Below are positions 25,193-38,258 of a stretch of 64,000 bases of DNA, in pieces. Position numbers and translations under genes: made by a program. This DNA comes from Rhizophagus irregularis. Its lineage: Eukaryota. Position 1 is the stretch's first letter, and each line of letters begins with the position of its first letter. The stretch lies in the NCBI RefSeq assembly GCF_026210795.1, contig NC_089431.1:310001-374000 (forward strand), given 5' to 3'. The notes beneath the pieces were generated by a model. That model was not told where the DNA came from. It worked only from the letters and a program-made list of their open reading frames with translations, and did not search any database.

Positions 25193-27124
25193 ATGGATGA
25201 AAAGCCAAAAAATTTATGGAAGTATGTTGATGAAAATGAATTTCATGTAATAGAAAATTAATATTTTTAATAATTATAATTATTTTATTGAATTTTTGTA
25301 ATTAAAATATTAATAATTATTTATTTATTAAAGATTTATGTTGCAATTTCTACTGTTAATTCAACTACTGAAGAAAATGTATATGAAAGAGTAGTTTATA
25401 TAGAAGATTTGGAAAAAAGAAAACAAGCATATGGAATATGTGGAGAATGTAAAGAACCTGGTACAGGAGAAAATTGGTGTCAATCTTGTAATTCTAAAAG
25501 ATTTAAGGATGACTTTAAAAATTGGACTAGTGGAAATAAAGTTATTGATGAATTCATACAACAATCACAACTTAATGCTGTACATTTTAATAATTATATT
25601 GAATGGATACCTTTTGAAAAATTCCAAAATATTACTTATATTGCAGAAGGTGGCTTTGGTAAGGTTTATTCGGCTGAATGGCCTGAAGGATTTATTGAAT
25701 ATTGGGATATTGAGAATCAAAAATGGTATAGAAATAAATATTTTGGTAAATATGCATTAAAAAGTTTTAATAATTCTTCTGATATATGTTCAGAATTTTT
25801 AAATGAGGTAATTTAAAACTTATTTTATCCCATATATAAAGTTTGTTATTTGTATTTATTTATTAATGAAATTTTCCTTTATGATGATAATTAGATTAAA
25901 TCTCATCTTCAGATTTATCTTTTTGATATTGTTCAATGTTTTGGAATTACTCAAGATCCAAATAATAAAGAGTATATGATGGTTTTAGATTATTATGATA
26001 ATGGAACTTTGAGAAATTATTTAAATAAATCCAAAAATTATATAAATTATGGAACAAAAATTGATAAATTACGACTAATTGCAAGAGGACTTTTAGATAT
26101 TCATAATGCTGAAAAAGTTCACAAAGATTTTCATTCAGGCAATATATTACTTAATTATTCTCGTCCATTTATAAGTGACTTAGGAATGTGTCAACCAGCA
26201 AATTTACAGCAATCAGTTAAAAAAGAAGGAATTTATGGAGTATTACCATATATGGCACCAGAAGTTTTACGTGGATATCAATATACAAAAGCAGCAGATG
26301 TTTACTCATTCGGAATAATAATGAACGAATTTCTTTCTGAAGAAATTCCTTTTAATGATATTCCTCATGACGAATTTTTAGCTATTAAAATATGTAAAGG
26401 ACTTAGACCAACAATTTCTAAAGATGTGCCAAAGTTACTTGTAGATTTGATAATAAAATGTTGGGATGCCAAAATAAAAAATAGGCCAACCACTAAAGAA
26501 TTGTATCAACTGTTAAAGAAATGGTATGATGAAATTAAGTATATTGATAGTGAAGATGGTGAAGATGGTGACAATAGTAAAATATATTTTCAAATAAAAG
26601 AATATGATAAAATTAGAAAAGAAAAATTCAAAAACAGGTCAATTGAAGATAAACCCAATAGCTTCCAAACACACCCACAAGCATTTTATACTAGTAGACT
26701 TTTAAATTTCAAAAATCTTCCAAAACCAGTAAATTCTTCGGAGTTATCATCTTTTCAATTTAGTTCAGGTAATTTAATTTAATTTCGCTTTTGCCTTATC
26801 ACCTCTTTTATCATACTACGGCAATCCATTTTACATTATTAATCTTATTTTATTTTTTAATAGATACTAGTTATACTGCTCAATCAACATCAGCAAATCC
26901 GAGTAAGTATTCTCTTAATTATTATTATTATCATTTTATTTACATTTGTTAATATATAAATACTTTAAATACATAATATGCAGTTTCGGAATGCTTGGAT
27001 GTTCAATTAAGTGAATTAGGTAAGTTATTATTATTCATAATTTTATTTATATTCCCTATCTAATTTATTTTTTTTTATAGAACTAAACGAAATTTGTCAA
27101 GATAGTGAACATAATATCGAATGA
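25193..27124 (+). CDS. Kinase array copy K2: TKL-type kinase with N-terminal CxxC..CxxC motif, ~506 aa, 6 exons
   Basis: Exons 25193-25246, 25334-25807, 25895-26768, 26864-26902, 26984-27019 and 27081-27124 total 1521 nt in frame. Motifs AEGGFG, ALK, HKDFHSGN, SDLG and MAPE are present. Confidence 0.9.
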
Positions 27125-27473
27125 AGTTTCTTTCTATGAGTGCGTTGAAGTCCAATAGTTTTAAATTACTAATTTACATGTTAAGTTTATTACTATTTTT
27201 TTTTCATTTATGTTTTAAATTTTTTTATTTACATTTGTTTATAATATAGTACATATAGATTTATTGGGTAAGTATACCTATTTAAATAAAGATTTTTTAT
27301 GCTTATTTGATGAATTTATTTGATTGTTTAAATGTAAGTTTGTAATATATTTGCAATTACCAATATTCCACTCAATGTATTCTTATATTGCTTTGCTCAA
27401 TGAATATATTTATAATTAATAATTGATTATAGTGTAAAAATCATATTAATTATTGGTAGCTGATGACCTTCAA

Positions 27474-27673
27474 AAGTGAAACCGACTTAACTGATGGTTT
27501 TAACAGAATTATAATTAAAACAAAAAACCAGCGTTGTTGAAATAGAGATCTGAAACATAAAGTTTTAACAAACTAATATTTAAATTTTATTATAGCTTTA
27601 ACAATTGCTAAAACTAAAATCAAAAATGTTAAATCAATTTTAACATTTGGTTTCAGTTAAGTCGGCATCACTA
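27474..27673. mobile_element. ~200-bp MITE with 20-bp TIRs
   Basis: Left end is AGTGAAACCGACTTAACTGA; the right-end reverse complement is AGTGATGCCGACTTAACTGA. Internal TTTAACAGAATTATAATTAAAACAAAA recurs at ~38149-38175. No clear TSD. Confidence 0.65.
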
Positions 27674-29682
27674 CCCATGATCAAGATATAAATTCCAAAA
27701 TTTATTCTTCATTGGACAATAATAATTAGGTCAGTTGAAACAAATTTATTCTATCTTAATTTTTCACCTATTAAACTTAATTTTATTATTGTAGATGATG
27801 TCAGATTCTGAAGAACCATCATTAGCGAGTTCTACGAGACTTAATGTTGAACCAAAGATGTGACTGATAAAATTGAATGTGATACAAATGATCAGGATCA
27901 ATGAAATGAAAACTGCTCTAGTCTAAATGACGAAAATCAAATTTGAATTCTAAGAAGGGTAAGTAAAGTTACATATGATACTTATGAAGTAGGAAGATAT
28001 TTATGCAATTTATAAAATATTTAAAGAACGTATTGCATCAATAGTATCAAATCCGTAGTGTTATTTATATATTGTATTTTGTACAATATAAGAGAAAAAA
28101 AGAATTGTTTGTCTTCTGTTGCACGAGATGATAATATCATAGAAAATTGATAAATCTCCTAATTTGATAATGTTGATCATCAACACTGCTCTATCGAAAA
28201 AAATATTGCAATCAATAATATTTAAATTTTTAAATATATTGACGTTCTCTTAGCCAATTATGCCCGATATTGATCAGTACAAAGCCAATGCTCGATTTTT
28301 TTTATCGTTATATATAACATTAAAACATACAACAATAAAATGAACATTTAAATTAACTAAACGTCAAAAAGGTCCAAAACTTCTGATCACTACTTTTTTG
28401 ATCCTGATCAAAAGATCGTCACTAAACATGACGTAAAAAACCACTAGCGGATGTGATGATTTTACTTTATGAAATCCTTTTATTAATTGAATTTTCATCA
28501 TACAGGACAGACATGCGACATATATGCGACATAATTTTATTTATTTTCCCATAGCTTGAAAAAAAAATTTCTAGAATGTACAAAAAGTAGACTGCTTACA
28601 TAAGCGAATTTAAAAATATTAAAAAGGAAATATTTTTTTTTTTTACTGTAAAATTATTCGATCCGGAATCAACTAATCCAATTTAATGAAAATTTACCTT
28701 AATCGGAATTTTTTTGATTATTAATTTTTTTTGTCCGATTTTTTTTTTCAAACCAAAAATTTGTTTTTTCTCATTCTTTTCCCGTTTATGTTTAATTTTT
28801 GGTCTTTTAAGACTGACTTTTTTTATATTATTTTTTTTTCGATCTTTTTTTTAGTATTTAAAAATCTTTTTTTCACTCTTTTTGGACTGAAATATTTTCC
28901 TTTTTTTTCAGAATTTTTCCGGTACTTATTTTTTTATTTCGGATTCCTTTTTTTGGAAATTTCTCTTTTTTAAACCGATTTCTTTATCCTTTTTCTTTCC
29001 CCAAATTTTTTTTTTAATTTTTTTTTCTTTTTTTTATTATTACTAAATAAAAAAATAAAACATTATATTAAATATATTTACAAAATTATTATAACATATA
29101 GGTAAATTGACTGTTGATAGAAAGATGATTAGATTTTTTCAATTAAATTGGACGCTGGATAAATAGTTTGATTCATAAAAATCAAAAAAAAATTGATATT
29201 TTTACAATAATATTTTATATTTAATTAATTGAAGAAATTGTTGATTTAATAATAGATTATTATAACCAAATCCATATCCGAAATTCTCTAAATAATCACC
29301 AGATTTTCAATAATAAAGATTTTAATTCAAATGGTTTAGTTAAATTAATAATTTATCGAGTAAAATAAGTATCAAAGAATAGTAATAAATAAAATGAACA
29401 GATTCTAATACATTTAATTGTTCAAATATTTTTCCTAAGTTAGTTATAAGTTTAAGATTGACGTAATATAAAATAATAAGAAATAATTATAAAATTTATA
29501 ATTACTAATTAATAAAAATATTTGTAATATTTTCGTAATATTAAAGTTTTTTCGAAAATAATAATTCTAAATAATTAATCAATTTTATTGATAATAATTT
29601 TTATATACATATTATTTTATTAATTTTTGTTAACTATATTAAATTTCTAATTATAAACAAAAACTACTGTAACCATCTTTAA

Positions 29683-29837
29683 TTGTCCGGAGCGAAGCGA
29701 AGGACAATATATGTCTACGAACTATGAAAAAAAATCGATCACGTGAGTTTCTCTGTCCGCCACGTGATCGTCACCCAATGAATCGGCAAATTTTAGTTTT
29801 TCGTTCCGGACTTACAACGGTTCCCGTTTCCTAGTTT
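29683..29837 (+). mobile_element. Short Helentron-associated (HINE/DINE-like) element
   Basis: 5' palindrome TTGTCC-GGAGCGAAGCGAA-GGACAA. Sub-terminal inverted repeat 29685-29696 / 29800-29811. 3' hairpin AACGG-TTC-CCGTT, then CTAGTTT. Confidence 0.55.
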
Positions 29838-30536
29838 ACTTAGTATTACATCATAATACTGAATTTTTATATTTAAACAAACTCATTGGTCCCGATGCCC
29901 GCTAGTTTATTTACTATATATAAAGGATTCTGAAGTATGCTAACGTGTTGTATAACAATATGACAATTGACAAGTTTGTGAAACTTTATGGTACGGTTGA
30001 AAAATTGCATCATGAATTAGAGGAATTAGAGAGTAAATTTTATTTTAATTCATTTTATACAGTAATTCTGCGAATTTTTTTTATTTTTTATTTATTTATT
30101 TAGGCCCCTCTATGTATAAAAGGCTAATTTCACAATGCAACAAATAACTGTTTTATTAATATTTGCGTTTATTATAAATTTTCACTAAGTTTTGGATCAG
30201 TTCATACGATTGCTGATTCTTATTCTTAGAACATGGATTACTCAACGAAGCCTATATATTTTTGAAAAATAATCTTTTTTTTGTATACATGTTTCACGTT
30301 TTTCGTATATCTCAAATTTCAAATAAGGATCATGAAAATTAATTAAAATGTAAATAGTATGTAAATGATTAATTATGATAAAGAAACTGAATTGCAACGA
30401 AAAACAAAAATAAAAATTAAAAATTACTAAAAAACAAATAATTCTATGGCATCCTTATAAGGGAACAATTATCTAAGTTGCGCAGTTGAAAACTTTACCA
30501 TAATAAAGAAAAATATCACCGCACGTTTATGGATTA

Positions 30537-30682
30537 CTGCATCCGCTTTACGTTTATAAGTTCCTGCATCCGTGTTACGTTTCTTGCATCTGCGTCACAT
30601 TTTCACCTTCTGCATCCGCTTCACGTTCACAAACTGGCGCACTTGCGTCACATTTAAATATTCCTGCAGCATCTGCGTCTCC
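30537..30682. repeat. Degenerate array of CTGCATCCGCTTCACGTT-like motifs (~6)
   Basis: Irregularly spaced copies of TGCATC(C/T)GCG/TTCAC(G/A)TT, resembling transposon sub-terminal repeats. Confidence 0.6.
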
Positions 30683-31959
30683 TTTCCACTTATATACTCT
30701 TGAAGACATACATTTTTTCTCCTTTATTTGAAGTAGCTTCTTTCCTTTTATTTTTTAAGCTTACAAAAAACACATAAAAGTATATTTTTGAGTTTTGAAA
30801 AAAGATTGACTAGTTGTCATTAGTTTTGGACTAGTAAAATTTTCATTTTCTTGCTTGAGTAGGGAAAAGACACCAAGCAGACATCTCTTCGCAGTTTTAA
30901 CTGGGATTTTCTTGGTTATTACTTATGACTTTTCTCTTTTTCAATCTTTCTTTGGGTAGGGAGCGTTGGAAAATTGATTAACATTTGGTGACTTGGTGAT
31001 TTTTCTAAGCAGAATAGAGAATAGAACAAAATTTTCAACCAAAAATTATGGTAAGAGCCGGAAATAAGAGAAGATTTTGCGGCACCCTTGTTATAATTTA
31101 ACCATTAAATTATAATGATTCAGTATCCTGAGATGACGCGTGTGTTATCAGTAAGGAACAGGTCTCTTACTTTGTTCTACTTTCATCTTTATCACTTTAA
31201 ATACAGGAGAAGTGGTAGAAGCACGAAAAATTTGCTGTAGAAATAAAAGTAAAAGAGAGTTAGCTTTTGCTAAATACTCTACTTCAGAATTTCGTCCCGC
31301 CATCTGGTAGGGTGACGTGAGGCAGTATCCTTCTAAAGTATCAGGTAATATAACGAAGCAGTACGGATCTTCTTCCTATATATTAGTGTCGATATTTTCA
31401 CCGTCCGTTCCTGAAAACTGCACAATAAAAGGTATAGCTACGAGTATCTGTTTGAAAGAACTTACAAAAACACAGCTTTAGGTTATTGCGTTCTTTCACT
31501 GACATCTCTCCTGGACACACAGATGATATGTTATCATCCAGAAATTCTGAAAACAGAGAAGGACGTTCACAGTAAAACTGTGGCCACGAAGCGCTTCCAG
31601 TTCTCTGAATCCAAAAGTCCTCAATGAGAACAAATCAATTGCATGATGTCAAAGTTGAGGAAGATGCATAACTATTCCTCATTGCGGAATAGTAGACCTC
31701 AACACTGAGAAGATCTTATTCGTATCTCAGCCAGGTCCGTCAGTTAACAGAGTTATCATAGATAGACCTGCCAGCTCACAAGGTTGCTGTAACTTCCTTG
31801 ATCATTGCATCCACTTGTTCACCTTCACCAGAAATGAGGGTAACACATTGCCACTCTTTAGCTTTACGAAAACGGTTCAACATACCTCTCACTTCTCGTC
31901 TCTCACTTTTTTCTTTGTGTGGGTTGAGTGGGAGTGGAAGTGTGGGAGTAGCCGGGGTA

Positions 31960-32275
31960 ATTATTGTGAAAGTTTAGAGAAGGGATAAAAAAATACGAAA
32001 GGGATAAAAAAATTATTGCGAAAGGGATAAAAAAATATTATTGCGAAAGGGATAAAAAAAATATTATTGCGAAAGGGATAAAAAAATATTATTGCGAAAG
32101 GGATAAAAAAATATTATTGTGAAAGGGATAAAAAATATTATTGCGAAAGGGATAAAAAAATTATTGTGAAAGGGATAAAAAAAAAATATTATTGCGAAAG
32201 GGATAAAAAAATATTATAAAATATTATTGCGAAAGGGATAAAAAAATTAGGATAAAAAAATTATTGTGAAAGTTT
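31960..32275. repeat. Minisatellite, ~23-27-bp unit, ~11-12 copies
   Basis: Unit ATTATTG(C/T)GAAAGGGATAAAAAA(AT), with no unique spacers. Confidence 0.9.
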
Positions 32276-34254
32276 AATAAAAGAATGGGTCTTTTTATAA
32301 TATTTTTAGTTGTACAAGATAACAATGTAGACTTTTCTCTTATTGTTATTAGTAACTGTGACTGAGTTTGTATCTTATGATCTTATGATGTATGATGTAA
32401 AAGTTTGTGCAAAAATTTTCGCGTAAAAGTAAAAATTGTTACGCGACGCGACAACAATTATTGATATATTTAATCAGAAACTATATTGGTAGTGTGGTAG
32501 TGTAATGAGTTATTGCAAATTTTCTAGAATAAATATAAGTTATGACTCATGAAAAAGCTTGCTGTGAGTCATGAATATCAATGATTTTTACGGCGCAGCC
32601 TATAATTAATTATACTTTTATTATATAATAATAGTTCAAATATATAAATCATGCAGATCATTCCTTTTTTAGAGAATTTTTGATAATGCCAGTCAAAATT
32701 TTATTACCTATTTTAGTAATTTCTAAAATCACCTGACCTCTACATATATATTTTGGGGTCCTAACTCTTAAGGTACCTCAATCAATTTAATCGGTTAAAA
32801 ATGTAGATCATAAAATATTTAATTACTATTTCGATAATAACTTCATAAGAAAAATTTATAGACAAACCTTTGCTTTATATTGCATCTTTATAAAGTGACT
32901 ATTTAACGGAACTGAATGACGATTTTTCTGAATATATTGACTATAGAAATGTGAAGAATCTTTATCTGGGTCGCCAAAATCAAAACTTGCATCGTCCACT
33001 ACACTTTCTAAATGTCATCATTTTTGGAATCAACAACTAGTAAACAACAGCAGCGAATGAAAAATTCAAAATATATTGATATGTTCACACTTGCTGCTAA
33101 TAAGTCAAGGGAATATTTTAATTGCATAATTTAAAACGTTCTCTTATAGCAACCAATGAATTTTATTAAATTTAGGAAAAAGTAAATTGATTTTTTTAAT
33201 CATTTTATAAATTTTCCTTAATTTTTTAATATAAAATAAATACATTTAAAAGAAAAATTATAATTAAGAAAAAATAAATTTAATATTATGGGTATAACTA
33301 TTTCACCATAAGTAGCGCAACTTTGAAGATTTGCTAAAATAAAACACATCCATAAACAATTTTTATTAAAGATAATATTTAATATAAGTTTGTTAGATTA
33401 TTCTGTTTTTTAATAATATTTGTTAATATTTTTGGAACTATTTGATCATAATTTTTATTCGTTCTTAATCTTTTTGCGACTCTTCAAAGATTAGTAAGAC
33501 TAATGCAAAGGTAATATAGAAGATACGATTGCCATGGTCTCAATTATCTATCGATACAAAATTAAATAAAATGTTGTGAGATAAAAATATAAATAAATTT
33601 TCTTTTAATTTTAAATTTACCCAATTTAAAAATTGTATGACAAACTTTTCAAGGTTCACGTATATACAATAAAATTTTCAGTTTTTCAATTTTGGTCATC
33701 TTCGTAATAATATTTTCTCCATACAGATAATATGAAATACCTTACATTTCTTTTATTTACTATATTTACTAGAGAAGGTTCATTTAACCAATCATATTAT
33801 TACTAATCTAAAAATTATTTTCCTAGCGTAAAGACAAATAAACCTAATGAAAAATAATCAAATTTATTTTTGATATATAATTTGGTAATGATTTTAATAT
33901 AAAGCTTTTATCATAGGCTTGTTACTATTTTTATTGTTTTGAAAGTACATTACCGAAAAATAAATTCAGGTAGTAAACAATTTTACTTCGCACTTAATTT
34001 GGATCTCCTTATGTAAAAATCATTTTAACCATTTCGGGTTACTGATGATCAGCTGCTTACGAATCTTCTTTGTAACAAAAATAGTTCAATAGTAGCACAA
34101 ATAGTAACACAAATAGTAATACGAATGTGCACAATTTATTTGAACATAATTTTTTTCTTTTGCTCATAATAATTCTGAATTTATTTTGAGTAACGTAGTT
34201 ATTTATTTATATAACTAAAATTAAAATTATAATCCACAACTCAAATTAATTAAT

Positions 34255-36148
34255 ATGGATGAAAAGCCAAAAGATTTATGGAAAGAATATTCTCCTGCAT
34301 ATCAGGTAATAGCAATTTAATATTTTTAATAATTATAATTATTTTATTGAATTTTTGTAGTTAAAAATATTAATAATTTTTTGTCTATTAAAAGTTCCAT
34401 GTTACAATTTCTACTATTGATTCAACTATTAACTCAGAAAATATAGATGAAAGAGTAGTTTATATAGAAGATTTAGAAAAAAGAAAACAAGCATATGGAA
34501 TATGTGGAGAATGTAAAGAACCTGGTACAGGACAATATTGGTGTAGACCTTGTAATGCTAAAAGATTTAAAGATAACTTTAAAAATTGGACTAGTGGAAA
34601 TAAAGATATTGATGAATTAATACAACATTCACAACTTAATGCTGTACATTTTGAAAAATGTTTTGAATGGATACCTTTTGAAAAATTTCAAAATGTCACT
34701 TATATTGCAAAAGGTGGCTTTGGTAAGATTTATTCAGCAGAATGGCCTGAAGGATATATTACAAATTGGGATATTGAAAATCAAAAATGGGATAGATGCA
34801 AAGATTTTGATAAATGTGCATTAAAAAGTTTGAATAATTCTTCTGATATATGTTCAGATTTTTTAAATGAGGTAATTTAAAACTTATTTTATCCTATATA
34901 AAAAGTTTGTTATTTGTATTTATTTATTAATGAAATTTTCCTTTATAATGATGATAATTAGATTAAATCTCATCTTCAGATTAATCTTCATGATATTGTT
35001 CAATGTTTTGGAATTACTCAAGATCCAAATAATAAAGAGTATATGATGGTTTTAGATTATTGTGATAAAGGAAATTTGAGAAATTATTTAAATGAATCTA
35101 AAAATTACATCAATTATGAATTTAAAGTTGATAAATTACAACAAATTGCAAATGGACTTTTAAATATTCATAATGCTGAAAAAGTTCACAAAGATTTTCA
35201 TTCAGGAAATATATTATTTGATACACTTGATTCATATATAAGTGATTTAGGAATGTGTCAACCAGCAAATATAAAGAAAACAGTTAAAGAAGAAGGAATT
35301 TATGGAGTATTACCATATATGGCACCAGAAGTTTTACGTGGATACCAATATACAAAAGCATCAGATATTTACTCATTTGGAATAATAATGAACGAATTTC
35401 TTTCTGAAGAAATTCCTTTTGATGATATTCCTCATAATGAATTTTTAGCTATTAAAATATGTAAAGGACTTAGACCAACAATTTCTAAAGACATACCAAA
35501 GTTACTTGCAGATTTAATAATAAAATGTTGGGATGCTGAAATAGGAAATAGACCAACCACTAAAGAATTGTATCAGATATTGAGTAAATTGAATAAGGAA
35601 ATATATGATAAAAATAGCGAATTGTATTATCAAACACAAGAAAGTGATGAAATTAGAAGAAAAAAATTTAAAAACAGCAAGTCAAATGATGATAGATCCG
35701 AAAATATTCAAACACATTCACAAGCAATTTATACTAGTAGACTATTAAATTTCAAAAATTTTCCAAAACCAGTAAATTCTTCAGATTTATCATCTTTTCA
35801 GTTCAGTTCAGGTAATTAAATTTAATTTTACTTTATCATATTATCCATTTTACATCATTAATGTTATTCTTTTTCTTAATAGATGCTACTCAATCAACAT
35901 CAGCAAATCCAAGTAAGTATTTTCTTAATTATTATTACTATAATTATTTTATTTACATTTATTAACATTTGAACACTATGGGATATATAATAAGCAGTTT
36001 CAGAATGCTTAGATGTTCAATTAAGCGAATTAGGTGAGTTATTATTATTCATAATTTTAGTTATTAATTAATATTCCCTATCTAATTTATTTATTTTTTT
36101 ATAGAATTAAACGAAATTTGTCAAGATAGTGAAAATAATATTGAATGA
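34255..36148 (+). CDS. Kinase array copy K3: TKL-type kinase, ~495 aa, 6 exons
   Basis: Exons 34255-34305, 34395-34871, 34962-35811, 35883-35912, 35998-36033 and 36105-36148 total 1488 nt in frame. Motifs AKGGFG, ALK, HKDFHSGN, SDLG and MAPE are present. Confidence 0.9.
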
Positions 36149-37034
36149 AGTTTCTTTTTATGTGAAAGTCGAAGTCAAATAGTTTAAATTACTAGTTTGA
36201 GTATCGAAGTTAGTTTATTTCTATTTCTCTCTTATTTTATTTTTTAAATTTTTATCTTAGTTTTTTTTATTTACATTATGATATTATTGGATTTTATATT
36301 TAATATTCTATATAAATAAAGATTTAAAAGATTTAAAAATTTTTTTATGCTCATTTGATGATTATTATTTGATCGTTTAAAATATGCAACTGCCAATATA
36401 CCACTCAATGTATTCTTATATTGCTTTGCTCAATGAATATATTTTACTAGCCGTTGCAAATCCTTATGATTATAATTGTAAAAAATTCGTAACGTATTTT
36501 GGCTAAGGGGTTTAAATAATCGACGAATTTATTTTAATACCTTTTTTTATTTATTATTCATACACTGTGTACTTAAAATTTAGTATTACTTATTGATGTT
36601 TTAAACAATGAGTTTAACTCTAATAGTTAAACTTAAAGGAAAAGCTATTTTATATTGAATATGGTTCTTAATATAGCTGATAATCCTTCAGAAGTGAGAA
36701 ATTTTGATGTAATATCATAATGGTTTCAAACATCATTTAATCATTTCACAATTAATTATTGGCCTTGCAACTATTAAGTCTACATTTTATTATTGAACAA
36801 ATAACCGTAGTTCATACTACATTAGAAACTATTTAAACCACAGCCTATAACGATAATAAGCGATCATGTTATTTTTTTCTTTATTTTTTGATTTCTGCAA
36901 TTAGTCTAATTGATTTCAACTATAATTTACGGTTAATTCCCTTTCTTTTATCCATTAACCTATCAAATCATTCCACCATATTTTGCTTTGGTGTAACACA
37001 ATAGAGTATACAATATATATATTTTGTAGATATT

Positions 37035-37233
37035 GTGTTGTATTTATATTGGTTAACGTCACGAAGTGACATTAACCAATATAAATACCACCATACAATA
37101 TGTCAATATCTATATTATCGTACGGCTAATGCAGATCATACTCAAATAAACTATCAATATCCGATATTGTACGCAAATAAACTATTGATATCAATATTGT
37201 ACGATAATGAAAATATGATCCTATAGGGCCGTG
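37035..37233 (+). mobile_element. Non-autonomous deletion derivative of the hAT element at 47841
   Basis: Shares the GGTTAACGTCAC hairpin, CAATATGTCAATA, ATATTGTACGCAAA and TGTACGAT.ATGAAAA with the element's left end, and CCTATAGGGCCGTGC with its right end. Confidence 0.75.
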
Positions 37234-38258
37234 CGATAAATGTAGATATTTAAGGTACATATTTAGATTAACGATATTCCAGTTTAACAAATAATATGTT
37301 TATATCATTATCATGAGAATAGATGTGATATTTCACTAAAAACATAGTAAGTTGTTTTTAATTTTTTCGTCTTTCACCATAAATTCCTTTTTATTATTTT
37401 TTTCTATTGTTGAAATAATTATTGATACTAAAATGTATAATAGAATACCATTTTTATTGAAAACCTTTTAAAAAAAAATTTTTTTAATAATAATATGTAC
37501 AATAAAGGATATATTTTGATTTATTGCACGTGCTAATAGTTTAAATTATTTAATCATAAAAAGTTTACATAATGTTTACATAGAAAACATTTCTTTAAAG
37601 TATATTAAACTCATCCTTAAAGTATAGCTTTTTTTATTAAAAATACAATTATCTAACGCCGTTTTTTAAAAGAAAAAATATTAAATGATATTTTTAAAAA
37701 ATTTAAATTTACAATAAATTTTGTAACTGATTTCTTTGATTTTTCTAAGATAAATGAATCTGATTAGGGCTATACTAAATTCCGGGTCCGATTGATCAAT
37801 ATCTGGAACTTTTTGATTTGTAATCCTGTTTAACAATCCCCTTCAAAAATTTTAAATTTAGATAGACTCCAAAAAACAAATTTATCAATTTTTTTTAAAT
37901 CACTCCTCCCTCCCCCTAAAAAATAAAAAAAAATTTTTTTTTATATAATATTCCCATGGAAATCTAATTTTTAGATTTCTTTTTTTTTTACTCTTTCCTC
38001 CCCTCCCCTCATATTTTCAAAATTTAAATAGTAAAAAATAATTTAAAAAAAATTTTGTAAATTATTTTTTGTCCTCTCCCCCCCTCTCTTTTTTCTATAA
38101 AATTCTTGTTAAACAGAAAATCCTATTGGCCTGGCCTAACTGACAAGCTTTAACAGAATTATAATTAAAACAAAATATCAACATTGTATTGTTGAAATAG
38201 TTTTAATTCACTAAGATATACATACAGTAGACTCTACTTTTTTTACGTAGGTCAATAG

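Noticed and set aside
28731..28973. Phe-rich ORF
   Set aside because: It is a translation of T-rich low-complexity sequence.
31960..32275. CRISPR-like array
   Set aside because: The units are head-to-tail with no unique spacers, there are no cas genes, and the context is eukaryotic; it is a minisatellite.
37025..37250. TGTAGATATT as a formal TSD
   Set aside because: It is 10 bp rather than the hAT-typical 8 bp and is offset 7 bp from the inferred right end; noted but not accepted.
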